Notes: generated by a model from the letters alone, not told the origin. DNA of 64,000 bases from Spirochaetota bacterium (GCA_963664815.2 CAXXHB010000003.1:992001-1056000), one strand, 5' to 3'. Counted from the stretch's first letter, positions 49,447 through 60,131 are shown. Translations and numbers: made by a program.

Positions 49447-49530
49447 ATGAACTGGCAGGAAAGAATAGCATCTAACCCGGAAATTCTGTCTGTTATTGGC
49501 ATGCTCTATGAAAAATATAAGGACCAATGA
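49447..49530 (+). pseudogene. 27-codon remnant resembling a DUF433 antitoxin N-terminus
   Basis: AGGGAG RBS; MNWQERIASNPEIL...; stop overlaps the cas4 ATG. Confidence 0.45.
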
Positions 49531-50030
49531 GCGATTATATCGATAACGACATTACCGGAGTGGAGATAAGTTACTATTTTCTCTGCAAAAGAAAGCTGTG
49601 GCTGTTCAGTCACAACATACAGATGGAGCATACAAGCGAAGCTGTAGAGATGGGTGCAAATATACATGAAAATTCATACAAAAGAAAAAGACGCGAGATT
49701 GAACTTGACGGTATAAAGCTCGACTTCATTGAACCTGGCAGGGGACTTATACATGAAGTTAAGAAATCAAAGGCTGTTGAATCTTCGCATATATGGCAGC
49801 TTAAGTATTATATATACAGACTTAAAAACCTTGGCGTATTATTCACCGGTAAAATAGATTATCCGCTCATAAGAAGAACGGAGGATGTTGTGCTTGAAGA
49901 TGAGGATGAAAAGGAAATTGTATCAATACTTGGAGAGATAAGCAGAGTCAAGTCATTTGCAGCGCCGCCGTCGGGAAAGATGTCGGGTATATGTAAAAAA
50001 TGCAGCTACTACGAGTTCTGTTTCGCATGA
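49527..50030 (+). CDS. cas4: Cas4 exonuclease
   Basis: YYFLCKRKLWL, IKLDF, HEVKKS, QLKYY, CKKCSYYEFC. Confidence 0.95.
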   Translation: MSDYIDNDITGVEISYYFLCKRKLWLFSHNIQMEHTSEAVEMGANIHENSYKRKRREIELDGIKLDFIEPGRGLIHEVKKSKAVESSHIWQLKYYIYRLKNLGVLFTGKIDYPLIRRTEDVVLEDEDEKEIVSILGEISRVKSFAAPPSGKMSGICKKCSYYEFCFA

Positions 50031-50031
50031 T

Positions 50032-51024
50032 ATGAGAGATTACTATATATTCAAATCCGGAAGACTCGCCAGGCAGGATAATACTCTGATGTTGAGTCAT
50101 GATGATGAAAACGGTTTTGAGCAGAAGGTGCCGATACCTGTTGAAGATGTAGACTGTATATTTATATTTGGCGAGATGAACCTTAACACAAAACTGTTGA
50201 ATTTTCTGAGCCAACATAATGTTATGCTTCATATATTCAATTATTACGGTTTTTATTCCGGTACATTTTATCCAAGGGAGTTTCTTAATGCCGGTGATGT
50301 GATTGTTAAACAGTCGATGTTTTATCTTGATCCTGACAAACGACTGTATATAGCGAAAGAGTTTATCCGTGGTGCTGGTTATGGGATTATCCAGAATCTT
50401 AAAAGATATAAGGATAAGTGTACTGAACAGCTTGAAAAGATAGAAGCGCTCTTTGAAAACATAGATAATCAGTATGATATACCGTCACTGATGGGCATTG
50501 AAGGAAATATCAGGGACATATACTACAGGACGTTCCCTCTGATTATAAACCAGGAGATTGTGTTCGAAAAAAGGGTGAAGAATCCTCCTGATAACATGAT
50601 GAATGCTTTTATCTCCTTCATGAACAGCCTTGTGTATACTGCTGTACTGAAGGAAATTTACAGGACACAGCTTAACCCGACAGTGAGTTTTCTGCATGAA
50701 CCATCCTACCGGAGGTTTTCCCTTGCACTTGATGTGGCGGAGATTTTCAAACCTATTTTTGCCGACAGGATCATATTCAGCCTTATGAACAACAACCAGA
50801 TTACAGAAAGACATTTTGATAAGGAGCTGAATTATGCCTATCTCCTTGAGCAGGGCCGCAGGATTGTTGTGCAGGAATTTGATGAAAAGCTGAATACGAC
50901 TGTATACCATAAGCAGCTTAAAAAGAACGTTTCATACAGGCGGATCATTAGACTTGAGCTTTACAGGCTTATCAAGCATATACTTGGTGAAGAGGAGTAT
51001 AAATCTTTTCGTATATGGTGGTGA
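50032..51024 (+). CDS. cas1: Type I-B Cas1
   Basis: FNYYGFYSGTFYPRE, LMGIEG, NAFISF.NS, FLHEP..RRFSLALDVAEIFKP; start at ATG 50032. Confidence 0.96.
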   Translation: MRDYYIFKSGRLARQDNTLMLSHDDENGFEQKVPIPVEDVDCIFIFGEMNLNTKLLNFLSQHNVMLHIFNYYGFYSGTFYPREFLNAGDVIVKQSMFYLDPDKRLYIAKEFIRGAGYGIIQNLKRYKDKCTEQLEKIEALFENIDNQYDIPSLMGIEGNIRDIYYRTFPLIINQEIVFEKRVKNPPDNMMNAFISFMNSLVYTAVLKEIYRTQLNPTVSFLHEPSYRRFSLALDVAEIFKPIFADRIIFSLMNNNQITERHFDKELNYAYLLEQGRRIVVQEFDEKLNTTVYHKQLKKNVSYRRIIRLELYRLIKHILGEEEYKSFRIWW

Positions 51025-51027
51025 TAT

Positions 51028-51309
51028 ATGTTTGCCATTGCGGTTTATGATATTTCAACAATGGATGCAGCAGGCAGGAGAAGGTTGCCGAAAGTTATGA
51101 AAACAATGAGAAAATACCTTCATCATTCTCAAAAGTCAGTATTTGAAGGTGATATTACAGAGGCAAAGTTTTTCGCATTAAAGAGGGAAATTGAAGATTT
51201 GATTGACAGTAACGAGGATTATGTTGTTTTTTATAAAGTACCGGGTATTACAGGTCTTGACAGGATCAATATTGGCAAAGACTTTAATCCGAATTCAAAT
51301 ATATTGTAA
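51028..51309 (+). CDS. cas2: Cas2
   Basis: AVYDI, YLHHSQKSVFEG. Confidence 0.95.
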   Translation: MFAIAVYDISTMDAAGRRRLPKVMKTMRKYLHHSQKSVFEGDITEAKFFALKREIEDLIDSNEDYVVFYKVPGITGLDRINIGKDFNPNSNIL

Positions 51310-51385
51310 TGCATTACCGGCACTTCGAGAATTATTTGTGCATTTTAGATAGTTAATCCCTGAATAAATCAGGGATTTTTAATGG

Positions 51386-54300
51386 GTATCAGCTTCCAGT
51401 AATGGGATTTAAAGCAGATCATAGGCGTTTTCTTCACCGTGTTGTTTAGCCAGGTATCAGCTTCCAGTAATGGGATTTAAAGTACAATAAATTGTTCCTA
51501 CTTTGGTCGGCATATATGGTATCAGCTTCCAGTAATGGGATTTAAAGTGTTCTTAAGTTCTTTCATCTCGTCCTCTGTATTACGGTATCAGCTTCCAGTA
51601 ATGGGATTTAAAGTTCAGAGACGAAAGCTGACCATCATAATTCACATACGGTATCAGCTTCCAGTAATGGGATTTAAAGTAATCTATTGTTGTCAAGATC
51701 AGCCATTGAAACCGAGTATCAGCTTCCAGTAATGGGATTTAAAGTTTTGCGTGAGGAATATACGTTAATTAAGGTTGCTGGTATCAGCTTCCAGTAATGG
51801 GATTTAAAGATATTTGAATGTGTCTCTCATTTGTCCACATATCATAGTATCAGCTTCCAGTAATGGGATTTAAAGATCTTTCATCCGTTGTTCAAATCTC
51901 TGCCAGACACGTATCAGCTTCCAGTAATGGGATTTAAAGTAACTTTATTTTTACTTACCCGGTTTAATACCCCATGTATCAGCTTCCAGTAATGGGATTT
52001 AAAGTATCATGCACCCCTTAAACTTTCTGTACATTCTTCAGTATCAGCTTCCAGTAATGGGATTTAAAGTAGTGAAAACTTTTCTCCATGCCCTGAAGCG
52101 TTCTAGTATCAGCTTCCAGTAATGGGATTTAAAGTTTAATCCCTGTGCGCCTTGCGCTCCGGTATCACCCGTATCAGCTTCCAGTAATGGGATTTAAAGT
52201 GCACAGTTGGGGGGCGTTAATAATAAATTATATGTAGTATCAGCTTCCAGTAATGGGATTTAAAGGGCTTTCGAAGATTGCAAAGAGTTTGGTATATTCC
52301 TGTATCAGCTTCCAGTAATGGGATTTAAAGTTACACCGTTGGGAGTGAGTCCTGCGAGTGACATAAGGTATCAGCTTCCAGTAATGGGATTTAAAGTTGC
52401 AATACTATAATCAACCTCTTTCGGCAGAACGGGTATCAGCTTCCAGTAATGGGATTTAAAGAATTTCCAGCATGAATAAATATATTCTCTGTCAATTGTA
52501 TCAGCTTCCAGTAATGGGATTTAAAGGTCGTTAACCGCCTGAAATAACGGCCCTGATTCCTCAGTATCAGCTTCCAGTAATGGGATTTAAAGCAAACCAT
52601 ATTTGGTTTATATCTCATTTCGTCATAGTATCAGCTTCCAGTAATGGGATTTAAAGATTGATACAGCATATATGCTGTTAGATGTAAGTGATAGTATCAG
52701 CTTCCAGTAATGGGATTTAAAGCAAGGAACGATGGCAGGACACGGAATTTCGGTGTCAGGTATCAGCTTCCAGTAATGGGATTTAAAGCATAATTTAACA
52801 TTGTTGCTTTCTTCTTTGCATCGGGTATCAGCTTCCAGTAATGGGATTTAAAGATAAGTACACAAGCACCTCAACGTGCTCCTTACAAGTATCAGCTTCC
52901 AGTAATGGGATTTAAAGTAACTTTATTTTTACTTACCCGGTTTAATACCCCATGTATCAGCTTCCAGTAATGGGATTTAAAGTATCATGCACCCCTTAAA
53001 CTTTCTGTACATTCTTCAGTATCAGCTTCCAGTAATGGGATTTAAAGTAGTGAAAACTTTTCTCCATGCCCTGAAGCGTTCTAGTATCAGCTTCCAGTAA
53101 TGGGATTTAAAGTTTAATCCCTGTGCGCCTTGCGCTCCGGTATCACCCGTATCAGCTTCCAGTAATGGGATTTAAAGTGCACAGTTGGGGGGCGTTAATA
53201 ATAAATTATATGTAGTATCAGCTTCCAGTAATGGGATTTAAAGGGCTTTCGAAGATTGCAAAGAGTTTGGTATATTCCTGTATCAGCTTCCAGTAATGGG
53301 ATTTAAAGTTACACCGTTGGGAGTGAGTCCTGCGAGTGACATAAGGTATCAGCTTCCAGTAATGGGATTTAAAGTTGCAATACTATAATCAACCTCTTTC
53401 GGCAGAACGGGTATCAGCTTCCAGTAATGGGATTTAAAGAATTTCCAGCATGAATAAATATATTCTCTGTCAATTGTATCAGCTTCCAGTAATGGGATTT
53501 AAAGGTCGTTAACCGCCTGAAATAACGGCCCTGATTCCTCAGTATCAGCTTCCAGTAATGGGATTTAAAGCAAACCATATTTGGTTTATATCTCATTTCG
53601 TCATAGTATCAGCTTCCAGTAATGGGATTTAAAGATTGATACAGCATATATGCTGTTAGATGTAAGTGATAGTATCAGCTTCCAGTAATGGGATTTAAAG
53701 CAAGGAACGATGGCAGGACACGGAATTTCGGTGTCAGGTATCAGCTTCCAGTAATGGGATTTAAAGCATAATTTAACATTGTTGCTTTCTTCTTTGCATC
53801 GGGTATCAGCTTCCAGTAATGGGATTTAAAGATAAGTACACAAGCACCTCAACGTGCTCCTTACAAGTATCAGCTTCCAGTAATGGGATTTAAAGGTTGA
53901 TTTCCCCAAAAGAGCTTATAACTTAGTGTAGTATCAGCTTCCAGTAATGGGATTTAAAGCATAATTTAACATTGTTGCTTTCTTCTTTGCATCGGGTATC
54001 AGCTTCCAGTAATGGGATTTAAAGATAAGTACACAAGCACCTCAACGTGCTCCTTACAAGTATCAGCTTCCAGTAATGGGATTTAAAGGTTGATTTCCCC
54101 AAAAGAGCTTATAACTTAGTGTAGTATCAGCTTCCAGTAATGGGATTTAAAGATGGTAAGCAAGGCTTTTATTCCACTGTTGGGGGAGTATCAGCTTCCA
54201 GTAATGGGATTTAAAGACCTTATATAAGGCGGCCGGATGTCGTTTAAATATAGTATCAGCTTCCAGTAATGGGATTTAAAGAAATATGATTCAATCCCAG

Positions 54301-56383
54301 TAACACCAAAACAAATATGTATCAGCTTCCAGTAATGGGATTTAAAGTACTATAAAGCTCGGTAAATATTGCGTTCACTTCATCGTATCAGCTTCCAGTA
54401 ATGGGATTTAAAGCCTCTCAACACTTTTACTGTTACACCTGAACTGTTTGTATCAGCTTCCAGTAATGGGATTTAAAGCTATAATATTTAGTAATCGCGT
54501 CATCATGCTTTTTTGCGTATCAGCTTCCAGTAATGGGATTTAAAGGTTTATAGCGGATAAGATAATCAGCATCAGACATGTCGTATCAGCTTCCAGTAAT
54601 GGGATTTAAAGTGATTAAAGAAATGCCAGATGGCCCTTTAAAATCAAGTATCAGCTTCCAGTAATGGGATTTAAAGCCAAATATAATTATAGGAGCAATT
54701 GATTTCTTAAAAGTATCAGCTTCCAGTAATGGGATTTAAAGCGTTATTATATTAATAGATTAGGTATTGATCCTAATGTATCAGCTTCCAGTAATGGGAT
54801 TTAAAGTTTTTTGCACAAATTTCTGATTTTAAAATTGCTTGTTGTATCAGCTTCCAGTAATGGGATTTAAAGTCATTAAAATCATATTGCTCAAATCGAG
54901 CAATTTCTAGTATCAGCTTCCAGTAATGGGATTTAAAGCGCTTTAGCGCAAGAATAAATTAAAAGGAGTATGCGGTATCAGCTTCCAGTAATGGGATTTA
55001 AAGTTGACACCACCTGTGATAAAGTTTTCCCAATCGTCCCAGTATCAGCTTCCAGTAATGGGATTTAAAGTAAACTACCTATTGCTACGTTTGTCGGGTT
55101 CCATCTTGTATCAGCTTCCAGTAATGGGATTTAAAGAGTAATGTGTTTAAAAGTACAGGCAGTCTTAACCCTCGTATCAGCTTCCAGTAATGGGATTTAA
55201 AGAGTATTAATGGTTTATTCAGAAACTCTGATACTTTGGTATCAGCTTCCAGTAATGGGATTTAAAGGACAAGAGGAACTATTAAAAAACATCCTGCAAT
55301 AGTAGTATCAGCTTCCAGTAATGGGATTTAAAGAAATTTATCATACCTTTATTCCAACAACTTTTTATAGTATCAGCTTCCAGTAATGGGATTTAAAGTA
55401 TGAATAAGATTGATAATGCCTTAACCGGGAAAAGGTATCAGCTTCCAGTAATGGGATTTAAAGTTATAATTTTGTATTTTCCTGCACGGGGGCCAGCGGT
55501 GTATCAGCTTCCAGTAATGGGATTTAAAGTTGTTTGGTTTATGTCTCATATCCGGGATTGATAAAGTATCAGCTTCCAGTAATGGGATTTAAAGTACGCT
55601 TTTCAAGGTCGGTTTTTTGTACCGGCTTGTGTATCAGCTTCCAGTAATGGGATTTAAAGAAATTAACGGCTTGTTCAAAAACTCTGATACCTTGCCGTAT
55701 CAGCTTCCAGTAATGGGATTTAAAGATAATCTCTTACTTGTTGTGTTAATCATATGCTACCAGTATCAGCTTCCAGTAATGGGATTTAAAGCCATCAGCG
55801 CAATAGGGAGCGCAAAAACTAAATAAACGTATCAGCTTCCAGTAATGGGATTTAAAGATTACACTATTGGACAAGAAAATTTTAGTAAAATAGTATCAGC
55901 TTCCAGTAATGGGATTTAAAGCCGTATTCCACTAAGTCTTCTCCGGAATTTTTTCCCTGGTATCAGCTTCCAGTAATGGGATTTAAAGAGTTATACTACG
56001 ACCAATTATATTCGTATTGGTTGTGAGTATCAGCTTCCAGTAATGGGATTTAAAGCGCAAAGATATATTTGCAGCACCTTCTGAACCGGGAGTATCAGCT
56101 TCCAGTAATGGGATTTAAAGTCATTAACTGCCTGAAATAACGGCCCTGATTCTTCAGCGTATCAGCTTCCAGTAATGGGATTTAAAGCCCGTTTCAACGT
56201 CCATGTTTCACCGGCCGCTCGCTGTATCAGCTTCCAGTAATGGGATTTAAAGTATATTCGATGTGAGTCTGTAGAAGATGAAACTATAGTATCAGCTTCC
56301 AGTAATGGGATTTAAAGATGTTAGTTCCTGAAGTTATTTCAGCTTCAAGTGCCAGTATAAGCTTCCAGTAATGGAACCTTCAT
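51386..56383 (+). CRISPR. CRISPR array: 29-bp repeat GTATCAGCTTCCAGTAATGGGATTTAAAG, about 77 repeats and 76 spacers of about 35-39 bp
   Basis: Exact repeats every ~65 bp; degenerate terminal repeat GTATAAGCTTCCAGTAATGGAACC at 56355; the ATTTAAAG 3' end and the degenerate right end indicate + strand transcription with the leader next to cas2; counts are manual. Confidence 0.98.
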
Positions 56384-56650
56384 TACTCAATAGTTTGATT
56401 TTCATCCTGTTCCTGGCAAGCGGTGAGTCGAAGTGTTCCCTTTTAACATTAATTTCTACATACGAATTATTCTTGCAATTATAAATCCGGTAATTTAAAA
56501 TCCATGGATATTATGTTGGGCTACTGCTAAGGCGGTTACCCTATGTCAAACCTGAAGAGTATTTAAATCAGTGTAGATTGATTAAGATACTCATCTTAAC
56601 GTTAAATGCCAGTGCCTTGTTGCTTCATATAAAAGGAAGTTAACTATCTT

Positions 56651-57160
56651 ATGGATTACATAAAATTTCAAAAGCGAGATGCTTGGATCTTATTAACAAT
56701 CCCATTAAACAATGAGGGTACTGATTTACAAGGAGTAATTGGAAGAGCAGATGCCATCAATAAATTAATACCTTCAGATGAAGAAATTGAAGGTGCTATA
56801 AATAGATTTTTAAAGACTGGTATAATTAAATATGAAAACAATAATTTTATTTTAATGAACGAATATACTCAAATAATAAAAAACATTTATGATGAACATA
56901 AGATAATATTTGATGTATGGGGTGAATTAGAATTTTTTTTAATGAATAAAGAATGGCCATTATTAAATGCTGATCTTCATTATAAACTAGCAAAGGATGA
57001 AAGCAGAATTGCATATCAAAATTATTCAAAATGGTTTTGGAAAACATTTAAAGAAATTTCAAAAAAAGATAAAAACAAAAAAAAGATAACGGCATATAAC
57101 AGACGATGCACAGCTTGTATTGGACTTGTCAAAATAAACTGTACCGAAGTGATGTTATAA
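56651..57160 (+). CDS. AT-rich hypothetical protein
   Basis: 169-aa ORF, AAGGAAG RBS, much lower GC than flanking housekeeping genes. Confidence 0.6.
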   Translation: MDYIKFQKRDAWILLTIPLNNEGTDLQGVIGRADAINKLIPSDEEIEGAINRFLKTGIIKYENNNFILMNEYTQIIKNIYDEHKIIFDVWGELEFFLMNKEWPLLNADLHYKLAKDESRIAYQNYSKWFWKTFKEISKKDKNKKKITAYNRRCTACIGLVKINCTEVML

Positions 57161-57263
57161 AAAAGCAGGCCAACTTGTGTAGTGTCTCAATCGGATAATG
57201 ATCTTCCCCTGATATAGTGGACATTAAGTTAAGCCGAAAATATAATAAATTTGGAGGCTTACA

Positions 57264-57554
57264 ATGTCAGAGAGAAGTAAATACAGCCCGGAATTTAAGA
57301 AAGAGGCTGTAGAATTATTAAGAACCAGCGGAAAGACATCACTTGAAATAGCGAATGATCTTGGGATTAAAAGAGATAATCTATTGCGCTGGAATAGGGA
57401 AATTGAAACAGAGGAAAGGAATTCCGGGACAATAACAATAAATCCTCAGGATAGTGAAGAAATTAAACGACTCAAGAAGGAAATGTTGATTCTTAAGCAG
57501 GAGCGTGACATTCTAAAAAAGGCTCTGGGCATATTCTCGAAACCACAAGAATGA
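57264..57554 (+). CDS. IS3 OrfA (HTH transposase subunit)
   Basis: YSPEFKKEAV..IANDLGI, ERDILKKA; A6G slippery motif at 57515-57521. Confidence 0.92.
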   Translation: MSERSKYSPEFKKEAVELLRTSGKTSLEIANDLGIKRDNLLRWNREIETEERNSGTITINPQDSEEIKRLKKEMLILKQERDILKKALGIFSKPQE

Positions 57555-58421
57555 AATATGAATTCATCAAGGAACAGAGTACTGAATTTCCAGTATCGAG
57601 GATATGCCAGATTATGGATGTGAGTAAAAAGCGGTTATTATGCCTGGCTGAAAGCTCCAAAGAGTATAAGAGGGCTTGAAAATGAAATACTATTGGAGAG
57701 GATAAAATCATCACATGAATCAAGCGGAGAGAGCTATGGCAGCCCCAGAATTCATCAGGATTTACTTGAAGAAGGTATTTTCTGCGGAATACATAGGGTT
57801 GAGAGGCTGATGAATGTGAATGGGATTCATGCAAAGACAAAGAAAAAATTTAAGGCAACCACTGATTCGGGTCATTCTTTGCCAGTGTCTGAGAATATAC
57901 TAGACAGGAATTTTACTGTTGAAGAGAAAGATAAAGTATATGTGTCAGATATAACCTATATCTGGACATTAGAAGGCTGGCTGTATTTATGTATAGTAAT
58001 GGATTTATTTTCCAGAATGATAGTCGGATGGTCAATGGCAAATCATATGAGAGCTGAACTTGTTGAAGATGCTTTTAACATGGCCTGTATGAGAAGAAAT
58101 CCGGGCCCTGGCCTGATATTCCATTCTGATAGAGGTAAACAATATGCCAGCAAATCCTTCAGGGAATTACTTGAATCAAAGAAATGTATTCAGAGTATGA
58201 GCAGGAATGGCAATTGCTGGGATAATGCCTGTGCTGAATCTTTATTTCATTCGATGAAAACAGAAGAATTTTATTTTAATATTTACAAAACAAGGAATGA
58301 GGCTAAGAGAAGTATCTTTAGATATATTGAAATATTTTATAACCGTAAAAGAAGGCATTCACATCTGGGTTATAAAAGTCCGGAGATTTTTGAAAGATTA
58401 AATCTTAAAATAATGGTTTAA
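57551..58421 (+). pseudogene. IS3 OrfB DDE transposase with an apparent +1 frameshift near 57626-57630
   Basis: MKYEFIK...VSK is in one frame; SGYYAW...YGSPRI, DITY, HSDRG, DNACAES are in another. Confidence 0.75.
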
Positions 58422-58482
58422 CAAAGTGTCCATTTTTTCGGGGGAACATCATAAAATTGATTAAGATATTCTTATTAACGTA

Positions 58483-59073
58483 ATGAGAAAAACTATGATG
58501 AAGAATATAATACAAAAATTAAAAGCAAACAAGATAGAAATAACAGTTTCAATTATTCTTATTTCTAACATTATAATAATAATAGTCTTTTTTGATCCTT
58601 CTTGTGTTTATTATTCATACGGTCCAACGAAGCCAAACAGCAGATTTGATCTTGCTGGACCAAAAACAGTTGATTATAAGCTTTTAAATAATCTTCGTTA
58701 TCAATTAATCGACGAACTCACAACTGATTCAGAGTACAATAAAAAAGATGCAATTTTTATACTTACAAAAATGCCAAAATTTAATTACAAAATTAAAAAA
58801 TTTGATCTGGACTATCTAAATTCAAAAATTCAAGAAGAAAAAGATAAATTAAAAGAAATGGAAAATCAGTACAAAATAAATAAAAGCAAGAAACATTACA
58901 ATGAGATTGTTTTGCAAAAAGAAATTATTAAAAAGAAATATGAAGAAATCAACGCGTTTCAAATAAATGAAAAAAATGCAAAAAATGAAAGAAATGAATA
59001 TTATCAAGTTTTAGAAGACTTGAAAAACCATAAATATGTTGATTCTAAAAAAATATTAAAATTTCTTGAATGA
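58483..59073 (+). CDS. AT-rich hypothetical protein with an N-terminal TM helix and coiled coil
   Basis: 196-aa ORF; hydrophobic ITVSIILISNIIIIIVFF; K/E-rich remainder. Confidence 0.6.
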   Translation: MRKTMMKNIIQKLKANKIEITVSIILISNIIIIIVFFDPSCVYYSYGPTKPNSRFDLAGPKTVDYKLLNNLRYQLIDELTTDSEYNKKDAIFILTKMPKFNYKIKKFDLDYLNSKIQEEKDKLKEMENQYKINKSKKHYNEIVLQKEIIKKKYEEINAFQINEKNAKNERNEYYQVLEDLKNHKYVDSKKILKFLE

Positions 59074-60131
59074 GAAACATAAAAATATAAAAAACCATTG
59101 TGAAATTTCAGTTATTCGCATAACAAAGTAAAGTGTCGCAAAAGTAACTTATTAAAAAAATTGAGTAGTCTAAAATAAAATCGGCTGAATATCCTCTGAT
59201 TTTATTTTTATAATTCTGTATGTATCCCGAAGTTCGTGTGTCTTCGGGAATATTTTACTTTATCTCATTATAATCTGTATTCAAACCGGGCTAGGGTTTT
59301 CTTCGAGTTATTAAGGATGGGAAAATATTACATTAGAAAGCTTTTTAGAAGCTGCAATATCATGGGCCGAAGATTCTGAATTTGGGAAAATGCAAAAGAA
59401 TAAAGATAATTTATGGTATAAATTTGCATTATTTTTGTACTGCGGAAAAATATATGAATGAATATTGTTCTAAAGTAAGCACAACAATAATATCCTGGCG
59501 GGTAATATAAACCAAGTTGCAGATTAAATGTTCACTTTTTAAAAGTCTATTTAATAATACTCAAGAAGAAAATTTTTTAAATTCTGGACTGTATGCAGTT
59601 TCAAAGACCCTCTCCAGCCGTAAGGAGGGAGAGGGTGCGCAAGCCATAGCGATGCGCGGGTGAGGCGACAATAAAGATATAATAATCGAGAGGAAAGACC
59701 CGAAGTTTCTTGCAAAAAGTCTGTATTTCGCATTATCCAGCTGGGATACCCCTGTTGAGTACAACAATATTTCTCTTACCTCCGGGAAGTAAATTTTAAA
59801 ACGGTATTTACCGTTTGTATCAATAACAGCCTGCCCTCCGGCTCCGGAGGGCAGGTGCTTCATATCTCCGGCAGTGAAACATCTGTTACCTGATGAAAAT
59901 TCATTCAGTCAAAGTACAGGCTGCAGCAGCAGTTGACTGTTAAACGGAGACATTCCGTATATCCCTGAATTATAATATAATTTTTTATCACGACCCGTTG
60001 AAAAACCTGACCTTTTTTATTATAGTGAATAAAACGTATAACAGAAAAAGGGGATGTATCACCGGCTGATGATACTCAATATTGAACTGATGTCGTTTAC
60101 TGGTATTGCCGGGGACATAAAGGGTAAAGTT

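Larger units (their letters stand above)
57199..58451 (+). mobile_element. IS3-family insertion sequence
   Basis: IRL TGATCTTCCCCTGATATAGTGGACATTAAGTTAA versus IRR (reverse complement) TGATGTTCCCCCGAAAAAATGGACACTTTGTTAA; TG...CA ends; 3-bp TAA target duplication. Confidence 0.92.

Noticed and set aside
49957-50031. N-terminal extension of Cas1 or a Cas4-Cas1 fusion
   Set aside because: cas4 stops at 50030 and a typical Cas1 N-terminus (MRDYYIFKSG) starts at 50032.
51535-55826. ORFs at 51535, 52436, 53414 and 55617 with repeated YQLPVMGFK or FKSHYWKLI peptides
   Set aside because: These are translations of CRISPR repeats and spacers, not genes.
51386-56383. Self-targeting spacers
   Set aside because: No match to this window was noticed by eye; a BLASTn against the full genome is needed to exclude it.
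41759-58451. CRISPR-associated transposon (CAST) interpretation
   Set aside because: No tnsA/B/C or tniQ, Cas3 is intact, the adaptation genes are present, and the IS3 is an independent insertion with its own target duplication.
59551-59863. Minus-strand ORFs of 60 and 100 aa
   Set aside because: They span a palindromic repeat and lack motifs; probably non-coding.
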